A stretch of DNA of 64,000 bases from Dehalococcoidia bacterium. Lineage in GTDB: Bacteria > Chloroflexota > Dehalococcoidia > Lucifugimonadales > Australimonadaceae. The DNA lies in contig CBDFLP010000020.1 of assembly GCA_965249325.1 (NCBI GenBank), forward strand, positions 65,428 to 129,427. Direction: 5' to 3'. A model generated the notes under the pieces. The model made no database searches. It saw only the letters and a program-made list of their open reading frames with translations, and was not told where the DNA came from. The position numbers and the translations under genes are program-made. Shown in pieces: positions 47,520 to 59,441 of the stretch; position 1 is the stretch's first letter, and every line of letters begins with the position of its first letter.

Positions 47520-48560
47520 CTAGACGGCCGCCAGCTCCTGCTCCATCTGGGCTGAGTACTTGCCCTGCCGCGCCGCGCTGGTGAGCTTGCAGCGGTGGAG
47601 GTAGGCCTTCTGGGCGGCGGGGACGTTTGCGGGATCGCCCAGCCAGGTGTTGAGCGGAAGCCCCTGAAGTCCGCGCCCGAAGGAGTAGCTGAGCTGCCAG
47701 GGAGCGTTGACCTCGGCGCCGCGAGTCGCGATCTCGTGCATGTTCAGCGTCGCCTCGTCATCCGACTGACCGCCCGAGAGGAACACGATGCCCGGCACTG
47801 CGGCGGGAACGGCGCGTAGGAAGGTGTCGACGGTGCGTATGGCGACCTCCGTGGCCGGAGCGCGGTCGGGCGCTGTCGAGCCGGACGTGACCATGTTGGG
47901 CTTGAGGAGCGTGCCTTCGAGAGCGACGCCGTAGAGCGCGAGCGCGTCGTAGACCTCGTGGAGGGTGCGCGTCGTGACCTCCTGGTCGGTCTCGATGCTA
48001 TGCCCGCCGTCGATCAGGACCTCGGGCTCGACGATAGGCACGAGGCCAGCCTCTTGGCTGAGCGAGGCGTAACGAGCCAGCCCGTGGGCGTTGGCGACGA
48101 TGCACTTCGCGCTCGGTATGCCGCCGCCGATGGTGATGACGGCGCGCCACTTCGCGAACCGCGCGCCGAGCCGGTGGTACTCCTCCAGCCGGCCGCGCAG
48201 GCCGTCCAAGCCTTCGGTGACGAGCTCGCCGGGCGAGCCGGCCAAGGGCATGGCGCCCGTGTCGACCTTGATGCCGGGGATGATTCCGCGGTCCTGGAGG
48301 ACTTTCACGAGCGGCGTGCCGTCGGCGCCGTCCTGCTTGAGCGTCTCGTCGTAGAGGATGACGCCGCTGATGTACTGCTCCCCGCCCTCGGCGCTGAATA
48401 GCATCTCGCGGTAGTCTCGGCGGTTCTCCTCGGTGCTGTCGACGCCGATGGAGTCGAACCTCCGCTTAATCGTTCCGGAGCTCTCGTCTGCGGCGAGGAT
48501 GCCCTTCGCGGGCGCAACGAGCGCCTGGGCCGTCTGCGCGAGTGTGGTGATGTCCGTCAT
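47520..48560 (-). CDS. Class I fructose-bisphosphate aldolase
   Basis: GILAADESSGTIKRRF, and the LLKPNMV Schiff-base lysine region. Confidence 0.85.
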   Translation of the reverse strand: MTDITTLAQTAQALVAPAKGILAADESSGTIKRRFDSIGVDSTEENRRDYREMLFSAEGGEQYISGVILYDETLKQDGADGTPLVKVLQDRGIIPGIKVDTGAMPLAGSPGELVTEGLDGLRGRLEEYHRLGARFAKWRAVITIGGGIPSAKCIVANAHGLARYASLSQEAGLVPIVEPEVLIDGGHSIETDQEVTTRTLHEVYDALALYGVALEGTLLKPNMVTSGSTAPDRAPATEVAIRTVDTFLRAVPAAVPGIVFLSGGQSDDEATLNMHEIATRGAEVNAPWQLSYSFGRGLQGLPLNTWLGDPANVPAAQKAYLHRCKLTSAARQGKYSAQMEQELAAV

Positions 48561-48728
48561 ACGCTCTCCCCCTGATGGCCAAAGTGTCTGCGGCTAACGC
48601 CTATGATAACCTTCCCAACCGGCCCAAGTCACACCACGACGCGGCGCAGCGCCTGTCCTCCCTGTGCCCCCTTTCGGGGAGATTGGGAAGGGGAGACTGC
48701 GCCGTTTCACGCCAAGGAACGCACTACG

Positions 48729-49742
48729 ATGGACAGTCTCGCAGTCGCCTTACCCGTATTCCTCGCCAGCGCCGCCGCCGTCGTCCTCGCGGGCATCGCC
48801 CTCGCGAAGTATGGCGATGAGATAGCGGAGGTGACCGGGTGGGGCGCGCTCTGGGTGGGGACGATTCTCGTCAGCATCGCCACGTCGCTGCCCGAGCTCA
48901 TTACGAACATCTCGGCGGTGGTCATCGTAGACCCGCCCTCGCCGGGCCTCGCCCTCGGCAACGTGTTCGGCGCGGACATGATCAACATCTTCACCATCTC
49001 GCTGGTGGCCATCTCCTTCGGCATCGGCAACCTGTTCGGCAACCAGACCAGGGACACGCAGACGCTCGTCGTGGTGGCGGTCGTCATCGGCATCATAGCC
49101 ACGACGTTCGGGGCGCTTGGCGACTGGGGAGTCGGCCCGACCAGCGTCGGCGCCATCGTGATTGCAATCGCTTACTTCGCAGGCATGAAGCTCGTGTACG
49201 ACGCAGGCCGGAGCGGCAACGCGGAGGAGGATGACGACGCGCAATCCGAGGCGTCGGACCGACGCAGGCAGCTCATCGCGTGGGGCGGCTTCCTCGGCGC
49301 GGGGGTGATTGTCCTCATCGCCGCGCCGCTGCTGGCGCTGAGCGCCGACGGCATCGCGGAGGCCACGGGCCTCGGCCGCAGCTTCGTCGGCGTGCTGCTC
49401 GTCTCCATCGTCACAACCCTGCCGGAGGCGTCGGTCACGGTGGCGGCCGCCATGCGAAAGTCGTACGGGCTGGTCATCGGCAACATCTACGGGAGCTGCG
49501 CCTTCAACCTCTTCGTAATCCCGATTGCAGGGCTGTTCTTCGTGGGCGGGCCGTTGCTGGGGGAGATGGAGAACTCGCACTTCGTGGCGGCGGGCGCGGC
49601 GATTGGGCTGATGACGACGGGCTTCGTAATCATCCGCAGCTACAAGACGAGAGCGTTCTCCTCCCTGCGCCACCTGACCTTTGCCGTGCCTCCGGCGTAC
49701 GTGGCGGCGCTCTTCTTCGTGTACCGCCTGTCCGACGCTTAG
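48729..49742 (+). CDS. Ca2+/cation antiporter (CaCA, YrbG-like) family membrane protein
   Basis: Two alpha-repeat motifs: GTILVSIATSLPEL and VSIVTTLPEA. Confidence 0.75.
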   Translation: MDSLAVALPVFLASAAAVVLAGIALAKYGDEIAEVTGWGALWVGTILVSIATSLPELITNISAVVIVDPPSPGLALGNVFGADMINIFTISLVAISFGIGNLFGNQTRDTQTLVVVAVVIGIIATTFGALGDWGVGPTSVGAIVIAIAYFAGMKLVYDAGRSGNAEEDDDAQSEASDRRRQLIAWGGFLGAGVIVLIAAPLLALSADGIAEATGLGRSFVGVLLVSIVTTLPEASVTVAAAMRKSYGLVIGNIYGSCAFNLFVIPIAGLFFVGGPLLGEMENSHFVAAGAAIGLMTTGFVIIRSYKTRAFSSLRHLTFAVPPAYVAALFFVYRLSDA

Positions 49743-50587
49743 GCTTCGCCTTCAGGGGAGCGCTCGCGGGCAAGCTGGGCCGCGTGCTCGCTGCGGACGG
49801 CGTAGCGAAGGGTCAACAGCAGGGTGGCTGCGATGACGAACGAGCCTGGTATCCACATGATAAGGCCCCCTAATTGCTGGTCCTCCAGCGCGCTGAACCC
49901 ATATGCGGGAGCGGTGGCCTCGTAGGGCGTGTACCAGGCTTCGGGCGCGAAGGTGAGGAAGGCTCCCAGCACGAAGCTCGGCACAATCGTGATGAACACG
50001 AAGGGCACGCGCGCCAGGTAGGGGAGGCTCGCGCGCAGCGGTATGGGATCGACGACGTTCCACCACCAGAGGTACGCGCCGAGGGCGAAGGCGAAGTGTT
50101 CGACGACGTGGACCAGCTCGTTGCCGAGCGCGGCCTCGTAGGCGAAGGGGAAGTGCCAGAACGCGAGCATGCCGACGAACAACGGCCATGCGATGAGCGG
50201 CCGGAAGACGTTCCTGAGGGTGGACCGCACGGCGCGGGACTTGAAGAACGGGATGACGACGCGCCGCCGCACGGGCCGCGGGACGCCTCGGAGGATGGGC
50301 AGCACGGGCGCGCTGATCTGGATGGCGGGCGCCGCGACGAAGATCAGCAGCATGTGCTGCGCCATGTGCGCGAGGAAGAGCTCGCCGGCAAGGGCGTCCA
50401 GCGGGCTGACCAGCGCGACGAACACGGCGGCGAGGCCCGCGTAGAAGGCTACCGGACGCCAGGTGTTGTGGAAGCGGCGGCGGTCGCCGAGCGCGCTGAT
50501 GCCGCGCGCGTAGAGGACGGCGGCGAGCGGAATGCCGACTAGCGCCGTGACGTCCGCGTTCCATGCGAGCCAGAGGGAACCGCTCAC
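49739..50587 (-). CDS. ctaG: Cytochrome c oxidase assembly factor CtaG (caa3-type)
   Basis: Polytopic membrane protein with AHMAQHMLL and HVVEH motifs, downstream of the oxidase operon. Confidence 0.7.
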   Translation of the reverse strand: MSGSLWLAWNADVTALVGIPLAAVLYARGISALGDRRRFHNTWRPVAFYAGLAAVFVALVSPLDALAGELFLAHMAQHMLLIFVAAPAIQISAPVLPILRGVPRPVRRRVVIPFFKSRAVRSTLRNVFRPLIAWPLFVGMLAFWHFPFAYEAALGNELVHVVEHFAFALGAYLWWWNVVDPIPLRASLPYLARVPFVFITIVPSFVLGAFLTFAPEAWYTPYEATAPAYGFSALEDQQLGGLIMWIPGSFVIAATLLLTLRYAVRSEHAAQLARERSPEGEA

Positions 50588-50648
50588 GGCGTCCTCATCG
50601 AAAGGGCCGAGGAGGTGGAGAGGCGCATGGGGAGAGGGGGTGAGACCG

Positions 50649-50957
50649 CTATCGCGTCAAGTTCAGGAACAGAGCTAGGAGGACGACGGCGATGCTGATC
50701 ATGATGAAGAATGGGAAGAAGAAGAGGGCGGAGAAGCGGGCGTCGTCGAACTTCAGGTGCATGAAATAACCGACGACGAGCATGAACTTGGAACTGGAGA
50801 GAACGAGTATGACCCAGGTCATGAGAGCGGGGTCGAATTTCAGGTAGAAGACGCCGAACTCAACGAGAGTGATGAAGGCGAGGATCGCCCCGATAACGAT
50901 GTACTGCCGCGGCCCTGGGTGGCTGTGTTCTTCGACGTGTGCGTGTTCGGTGGTCAT
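50649..50957 (-). CDS. Cytochrome c oxidase subunit IV-like small membrane protein
   Basis: 102 aa with three TM helices, sitting directly after subunit III. Confidence 0.6.
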   Translation of the reverse strand: MTTEHAHVEEHSHPGPRQYIVIGAILAFITLVEFGVFYLKFDPALMTWVILVLSSSKFMLVVGYFMHLKFDDARFSALFFFPFFIMISIAVVLLALFLNLTR

Positions 50958-50970
50958 GCTGCCCGCTCCG

Positions 50971-51600
50971 TTAATGGGCGACGGTTTCGAGGATGCGGTC
51001 ATCCGCGCCGTATGCGCCGATGAGGTAGACGACGCCGAATATGACAATCCAGACAATGTCCACGAAGTGCCAGTAGAGGCCGGCAATCTCCACCTGGAGG
51101 GCGTTGCCCTGGTGGACCTTGCCCTTGAAGGAGGCGAATAGAAGGGTCCACATCCAGAGGATTCCGACGGTGACGTGCGCGCCGTGGAACCCAGTCATCA
51201 CCAGGAATGTGCTGCCGAAGAGGTTGGTCCGCGGGGTCAGCCCAAGGTGAGCGAACTCCGTGAACTCGAACATCTGGAAGCCGATGAAGATGGAGCCGAA
51301 CACCGCGACGACGGTGGTCCAGAGACGAAAGCCGCCCATGTTGCCGCGTTGGATGGCTGCGAGAGCGAGCACCATTGCCAAACTGCTCATCAGGAGAACG
51401 AAGGTGCTGACAGTGGTGATGGGGATGCTCAGGATCTCTTCCTGCGGCCCCGAGAGCGACTGGTTCCGGTAGATGAGGTGGGTTCCGATGAGCGTGCCGA
51501 AGAACATCACGTCCGAGCCCAAGAAGGCCCACATGAGGAGCTTCCGGTTGTCGAGCCCGGTGGCGGTCCGGTGGTCGTCTATTCCCGCGATGTAGCGCAT
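50971..51600 (-). CDS. ctaE: Cytochrome c oxidase subunit III
   Basis: GFHGAHVTVG and YWHFVDIVW motifs. Confidence 0.9.
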   Translation of the reverse strand: MRYIAGIDDHRTATGLDNRKLLMWAFLGSDVMFFGTLIGTHLIYRNQSLSGPQEEILSIPITTVSTFVLLMSSLAMVLALAAIQRGNMGGFRLWTTVVAVFGSIFIGFQMFEFTEFAHLGLTPRTNLFGSTFLVMTGFHGAHVTVGILWMWTLLFASFKGKVHQGNALQVEIAGLYWHFVDIVWIVIFGVVYLIGAYGADDRILETVAH

Positions 51601-51628
51601 CTGCTTCCTTGAGTGTTCCCTTTGCGCC

Positions 51629-53497
51629 CTAGCCGTGATGGGCCGGAACGTGGGCGTGCGCCGGGCTCTCAGCAGCGACCGGCTCGAATACCCATCCATA
51701 TACGCCGCGCATGCCGATGAAGCCGGACAGCGCGATGACAGTCAGTCCGACCACGGAGTTCGCCTGCCAGATAATCAGACCCCCCGCCACCATCGTTATG
51801 CCAAACGCGACGACGATCGGCCAGTAGGAGGGGCTCGGCATGTGCGGCTCGCCGTGCTCAGGCAGAGGGGGCGGCTCGACCGCGTTCGCTTCCTCGTCCC
51901 ACAACGGGTGCTGGCTGCTCACCGTGGGCACGACGGCGAAGTTGTAATGCGGAGGCGGCGACGGGATCGACCATTCGAGGGTCGATGCGCCCCACGGGTT
52001 GGCTCCGGCTATCTCTCCACGCCTGGCGGACCTGACCATGTTGATGATGAAAATCAGAATCGAGAGAGCGATGATGAAGGCGCCGACGCTGACGAACAGG
52101 TTGATGCCGGCCCAGCCCTGGTCGGTAGAGTACGTGTAGATACGACGGGGCATGCCGAGGACGCCGAGTATGTGCATGGGCATGAAGGTCATGTTGAAGC
52201 CGATGAACATCACCCAGAACTGCAGGTGGCCGAGCTTCTCGTTCATCATGTGGCCCGTCATCTTTGGGAACCAGTAGTACGCGCCCGCGGTCAGTCCGAA
52301 GATGCTGCCGCCGAAGAGCACGTAGTGGAAGTGGGCGACGATGAAGTAGGTGTCCTGCTGCTGCGTGTCCACGGGGACGGCTGCGTGCATGATGCCGCTC
52401 AGCCCTCCCAGCATGAACATGCTGATGAAGCCGAGAGCGAACAGGAGAGGCGGCCGGAACAGGATCGTCCCTCCCCAGAGGGTCGCCAGCCAGTTGAATA
52501 TCTTCACGCCGGTGGGCACGCCGATGGCCATGGTGGCGGCTGCAAAGGCCGCCGTCGCCCACGCGCCAATGCCCGTCGTGAACATGTGGTGCGCCCACAC
52601 GCCAAACCCGAGGAACGCAATCACCGCGCCCGCGAACACGACGGTCGTGTAGCCGAACAGCGGCTTGCGCGAGAAGGTGGGCAGGATATCGGAGACGATG
52701 CCCATCGCCGGTAGGATGAGGATGTACACCTCTGGGTGTCCGAACACCCAGAAGAGGTGCTGCCAGAGCAACGGGTCGGCGCCGGCGCCCACGGTGTCGA
52801 AGAAGTTCGTGTCGAAGAAACGGTCGAACAGCAGGAGGGTGAGCGCGATGGTCAGCGGCGGGAAGGCGAAGATGATTAGGAACGAGACGATGAGGGTCAT
52901 CCACGCGAAGAGGGGCATCCGCATCAGCGTTACGCCAGGGGCCCGCAGGTTGAGGATGGTGATGACGAAATTGAAGCCGGCGGCCGTGGTGCCGACGCCC
53001 ATAATCTGGAGGCCGAGCACCCAATAGTCCGTACTGCTGGACAAGGTGTACTCGGTTGTTGTCAGCGGCGCGTAGCCGAACCACCCCATATCGGGGAAGG
53101 CGGCCTTGAAGAAGCTGAAATTCATCAGGATCGCGCCGAAGAGGAAGAGCCAGTAGCTGAGGGCGTTCAGCCTGGGGAAGGCGACGTCCCGCGCTCCAAT
53201 CATCAGCGGGATCACGAAGTTGAAGAAGGCGGCCCCGGCCGGCATGATTACCATGAACACCATCGTGGTGCCGTGCATCGTGAACAGCGCGTTGAACGTG
53301 CCGGCGTCGACAAAGGTGTTGTCGGGGCCGGAGAGCTGGATCCGCATGAGGAGCGCCTCGATGCCGCCCATGAGGAAGAAGAATAATGCGGTAACCCCGT
53401 AGAGGATGCCGATCTTCTTGTGGTCGACGGTGGTGATCCAGCCCCAGACGCCTTCGGTGGATACCGGGCGCCGCAAGATCCCTATGTTTGCCGCCAT
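51629..53497 (-). CDS. ctaD: Cytochrome c oxidase subunit I
   Basis: WFFGHPEVY-type (LFWVFGHPEVYILILP), HHMFT and VAHFHYVL heme/CuB ligand motifs. Confidence 0.95.
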   Translation of the reverse strand: MAANIGILRRPVSTEGVWGWITTVDHKKIGILYGVTALFFFLMGGIEALLMRIQLSGPDNTFVDAGTFNALFTMHGTTMVFMVIMPAGAAFFNFVIPLMIGARDVAFPRLNALSYWLFLFGAILMNFSFFKAAFPDMGWFGYAPLTTTEYTLSSSTDYWVLGLQIMGVGTTAAGFNFVITILNLRAPGVTLMRMPLFAWMTLIVSFLIIFAFPPLTIALTLLLFDRFFDTNFFDTVGAGADPLLWQHLFWVFGHPEVYILILPAMGIVSDILPTFSRKPLFGYTTVVFAGAVIAFLGFGVWAHHMFTTGIGAWATAAFAAATMAIGVPTGVKIFNWLATLWGGTILFRPPLLFALGFISMFMLGGLSGIMHAAVPVDTQQQDTYFIVAHFHYVLFGGSIFGLTAGAYYWFPKMTGHMMNEKLGHLQFWVMFIGFNMTFMPMHILGVLGMPRRIYTYSTDQGWAGINLFVSVGAFIIALSILIFIINMVRSARRGEIAGANPWGASTLEWSIPSPPPHYNFAVVPTVSSQHPLWDEEANAVEPPPLPEHGEPHMPSPSYWPIVVAFGITMVAGGLIIWQANSVVGLTVIALSGFIGMRGVYGWVFEPVAAESPAHAHVPAHHG

Positions 53498-53559
53498 CGT
53501 CTTCCGCCTTCCCTATGCCCGCCGAGCGGGGCCTCTCCTCTCGAACGTTGATTCTAACG

Positions 53560-54657
53560 CTAGTACGTCAGACTCTTCAGGTAGGCGACAACCTGATCGA
53601 CCTGGGCCTCGGTGAGGAGGTCGAGGGTGGGGTCGCCGGTGTAGAACGTAGGCATCACGTCGGTCCCCTCGTTGGGGATGGGCTTCAGGCTGCGGAGGTC
53701 CGCCACCCACGCCTTCACAGTCTCGTTGGAGCTGTCCAGAATGCCCGCCCCAATGGTCGAACGACTGCCGAACAAGGTCAAGCTGGGGCCGATGTCCCCG
53801 GTGGTTACGCCTTCTATCGCGTGGCAGCGCCCGCACCCGCCTGCGAGCTCGAACACCCGCTTGCCGGCCGCCTCGACGCTGCCGTCCTCGGGCTCGGTTG
53901 CGGCGGTGTTCATACTCCCCACCCAACGGTCGAAATCACCATGGGTCTCCACGTGCACGCGGAAGCGCATGAGCGCGTGGGCGGAGCCACAGAACTCGGC
54001 GCACTGCCCGTAGAACACGCCCACCTCGGTGGGTGTGAACTTCTCGAGCTTGTTGTTCCGGCCGGGGACCATGTCTGTCTTGCCCACGAGCTGCGGCACC
54101 CAGAACGAGTGGATGACGTCGTTGGCGTGGAGGGTGACTGCGACCTGCCGCCCCACGGGCACGCGAAGCTCGTTGGCCGTCACCAGGTCCTCGCCGTCAG
54201 GTCCGAGTCCGGGGTAGCGGAACTCGAACCACCATTGATGGCCGACCGCCGTCACCTCGAGCACATCGGGGTCGGGGTCCTCTTGCGTGCCGATGATCCA
54301 GATGATCGTCGGAATGGCGATCGCGATCAGGATGAGGATGGGAACGACGGTCCAGGCGATTTCGAGCGTCGCGTTCCCGTGAATCTGCTCCGCCGTTCGC
54401 CCCGGCCTCGCGCGGTACTTGATAAGGATGTAGGCCATCCCCGCGAGGACGAGGAAGCCGACGATGCTCGCCGCGACGATGACGAAGATATAGATGGTGT
54501 GGATGCGCTGGGTCGCGTCGGAGCGCGGCTCAAAGGTCGTTAGCGGGGAGTCGCATGCCGCTAGAACAGCGGCGACTGCCAAGAGCGCCAGGACGGCGAT
54601 GGCGATTCGCCAGGCCCTAGCCGGACGGGTGGGAGAATCGGGCGTTTGGGTGGCCAC
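53560..54657 (-). CDS. ctaC: Cytochrome c oxidase subunit II with C-terminal cytochrome c domain (caa3-type)
   Basis: CuA site HSFWVP...CAEFCGSAHALM plus the heme-c site CGRCH. GTG start. Confidence 0.9.
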   Translation of the reverse strand: MATQTPDSPTRPARAWRIAIAVLALLAVAAVLAACDSPLTTFEPRSDATQRIHTIYIFVIVAASIVGFLVLAGMAYILIKYRARPGRTAEQIHGNATLEIAWTVVPILILIAIAIPTIIWIIGTQEDPDPDVLEVTAVGHQWWFEFRYPGLGPDGEDLVTANELRVPVGRQVAVTLHANDVIHSFWVPQLVGKTDMVPGRNNKLEKFTPTEVGVFYGQCAEFCGSAHALMRFRVHVETHGDFDRWVGSMNTAATEPEDGSVEAAGKRVFELAGGCGRCHAIEGVTTGDIGPSLTLFGSRSTIGAGILDSSNETVKAWVADLRSLKPIPNEGTDVMPTFYTGDPTLDLLTEAQVDQVVAYLKSLTY

Positions 54658-54782
54658 TATCAGTAAATCCGCGCCTCTGTAAGCTTGTTACAAATATCAC
54701 AGGCCCAGGGCGCGGGTCAAGGGAAGAGAGCGCTCTCGTTCGGGAGGCGTAGGCCCGACAGAGACCTTTGCGTAACCCTTCT

Positions 54783-54843
54783 GTCATCCCCCCTTCCGTC
54801 ATGCCCGCCCCTTCCATCATGCCCCGCGAAGGCGGGAATCCAG
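54783..54843. repeat. Three adjacent REP-like units ending in a canonical hairpin copy
   Basis: GTCATCCCCCCTTCC GTCATGCCCGCCCCTTCC ATCATGCCCCGCGAAGGCGGGAATCC. Confidence 0.65.
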
Positions 54844-54860
54844 GGCGCGCGGGCAGTGCA

Positions 54861-55180
54861 GACCACGACATCTGCCCCTTACCCCAGCCCTCCCGCCTGC
54901 GGTACCCTGGATGAGATGGCTCCGTTCCAGCCCCTCGCCCCAAGCCCCCCCCCGCGCGCTCTATAACGCGCCGCCGTCCCATAGAGAGAGTCAATGCTCG
55001 AATTCGTGTTTTCACGTTTAATTCGCACTCTTGATCGCAGGAAGCAGGCCGTGGCCTGCTAAGCAGCCCCGATCAAGAAGGCGAAAGTACCCCCTCCAGC
55101 GACACAAGCGCTAACCCTAAAAGCCCCATCAAGAAGCTGATTTGCTACCGAATCTCAACCCGAAAGGGAGAGACCCTCAG
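54861..55180 (+). repeat. Structured intergenic element, copy 3 (most complete)
   Basis: Collinear with copy 1 (7700-7972) and with the reverse complement of copy 2 (30383-30727). See findings. Confidence 0.85.
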
Positions 55181-55250
55181 ACCCTTTCCCCTCCTCCCCC
55201 GCCTGCGAGACCTTGCATAGCTCCCCAACGCCGGAGATTCGGGGGCGAGG

Positions 55251-55275
55251 TTCCTGCCTGCGCTGGGCATGACGG
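55251..55275. repeat. REP-like hairpin repeat (inverted orientation)
   Basis: TTCCTGCCTGCGCTGGGCATGACGG is the reverse complement of CCGTCATGCCCAGCGCAGGCAGGAA. Confidence 0.55.
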
Positions 55276-55384
55276 AAGGGGTTATGCAAAGGACTCTGAC
55301 AGGAGTAGGCCCGAGAGGCTGGGCCGGGGGCTGTGGCGCGTAGAGCCGACGCAGGAAAGCCGGGGGCAAACGGGCCTGGGGGGT

Positions 55385-55414
55385 TTGACATACCGTTGGA
55401 GGTCTCTCTATACT
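55385..55414 (+). promoter_or_regulatory. Strong sigma-70-type promoter of the 23S rRNA unit
   Basis: TTGACA, an 18-nt spacer, then TATACT, about 230 nt upstream of the mature 23S 5' end. Confidence 0.6.
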
Positions 55415-55643
55415 GGCTGGACTGTCGTCAGGACGGTAGGAGCAGTAGCAGCTTGATGAGGAACATCTTCAGCAGCACCTGAGTAAGCCTGGCGTCGTAT
55501 TGCTACCGAAAAAGGCGGTGGCGCCTGAGCAGCCACCGCCTTTGCACGTTACCAAGGGAATATCGAGCGAGTACGAGCAATATGGGTTCGCCTTCGGGCG
55601 AGTCCAGCCAAGGAAGGCCCGCCGTGAGGCGGGTCGAGCGTGA

Positions 55644-58634
<2,991 letters not shown>

Positions 58635-58700
58635 ACCTTTCCGCTCCTCTGCTCGCTCGATTTCCCTTGATAACGCGCAAATCGTTCGGTTCTCCTATAT

Positions 58701-58775
58701 TGCGGGGTGGAGCAGTGGCAGCTCGTCGGGCTCATAACCCGAAGGTCCCAGGTTCGAGTCCTGGCCCCGCTACCA
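58701..58775 (+). tRNA. Initiator tRNA-Met (anticodon CAT)
   Basis: 75-nt cloverleaf folded by hand. Three G:C pairs close the anticodon stem (TCGGG CTCATAA CCCGA), A11:U24 is present, position 1 is unpaired with 72, and CCA is encoded. Confidence 0.85.
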
Positions 58776-58796
58776 ACCTTCTCGTCCTCCTCTGAG

Positions 58797-58823
58797 CGCC
58801 CCACCCGTGGATGGGGCGTTTTT
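58797..58823 (+). terminator. Intrinsic terminator after the 23S-tRNA unit
   Basis: Stem CGCCCCA / TGGGGCG with an 8-nt loop, followed by TTTTT. Confidence 0.7.
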
Positions 58824-58906
58824 CGCGTTATCCCGCATTAGGGCGTTGCCCGCCGCGCCGAGGCGCTGTGCTAGCATGCCTCCACCCTCGTCGAAGGAGC
58901 CGCACC

Positions 58907-59362
58907 ATGGAGTACGCCCGCAGATTCCACCGTTTTCTGGCGTTCGTGATCGACGCCATCGTCCTGCTTGTCGTAGTGGCGGTTCTCAACGGCATTGGGC
59001 TAATCGATACCATTTCCTTTGATGAGTCGGGGGTTTCAACCGTAGACGGCGTCGTCCAGGCCGCTGTCGCTTTCGGCTACTACTTCTTGTTGACCGCCGT
59101 CTTCGGGGCAACGCTGGGCAAGATGGCGCTGGGCATGCGAGTGGTGGACGAGAACGGCAATAAGGCCGGCATGGTTCCCGTGCTCGTCCGCGAGGCGATC
59201 GCCAGAGCGTTGGGCGCCATGATTACCGCCTTAGTCGGCGCGTCCATCGGCGATCTGGTCGGCTTGGCTGTCGGCGTCATCATCATCATCTTGATTCTGT
59301 TCGATGAGAAGCGTCAGGGCCTGCATGACAAGGTTGCAAAGACATTCGTGGTGCGAACGTAG
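58907..59362 (+). CDS. RDD-family membrane protein
   Basis: RRFHRFLAFVIDAIV N-terminus and KRQGLHDKVAKTFVV C-terminus. GAAGGAG RBS. Confidence 0.8.
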   Translation: MEYARRFHRFLAFVIDAIVLLVVVAVLNGIGLIDTISFDESGVSTVDGVVQAAVAFGYYFLLTAVFGATLGKMALGMRVVDENGNKAGMVPVLVREAIARALGAMITALVGASIGDLVGLAVGVIIIILILFDEKRQGLHDKVAKTFVVRT

Positions 59363-59441
59363 CGGCAGGTACGTTTGAATGCCCGGCGACACGGACGTCC
59401 TAACGCGGGACGCCCCAGCCGGGTCCGAGGAGGCCACGGTC

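Noticed and set aside
55511-55543. An 11-bp stem AAAGGCGGTGG / CCACCGCCTTT in the 23S leader looks like a minus-strand intrinsic terminator (the T-run is on the minus strand).
   Set aside because: No minus-strand gene ends upstream of it, because the 23S is on the plus strand. It is more likely a leader structural or antitermination hairpin, and the function could not be decided from sequence.
58635-58700. Looked for a 5S rRNA between 23S and the tRNA.
   Set aside because: Only 66 nt are available, and about half of that is the 23S trailer arm of the processing stem. This is too short for a 5S gene.
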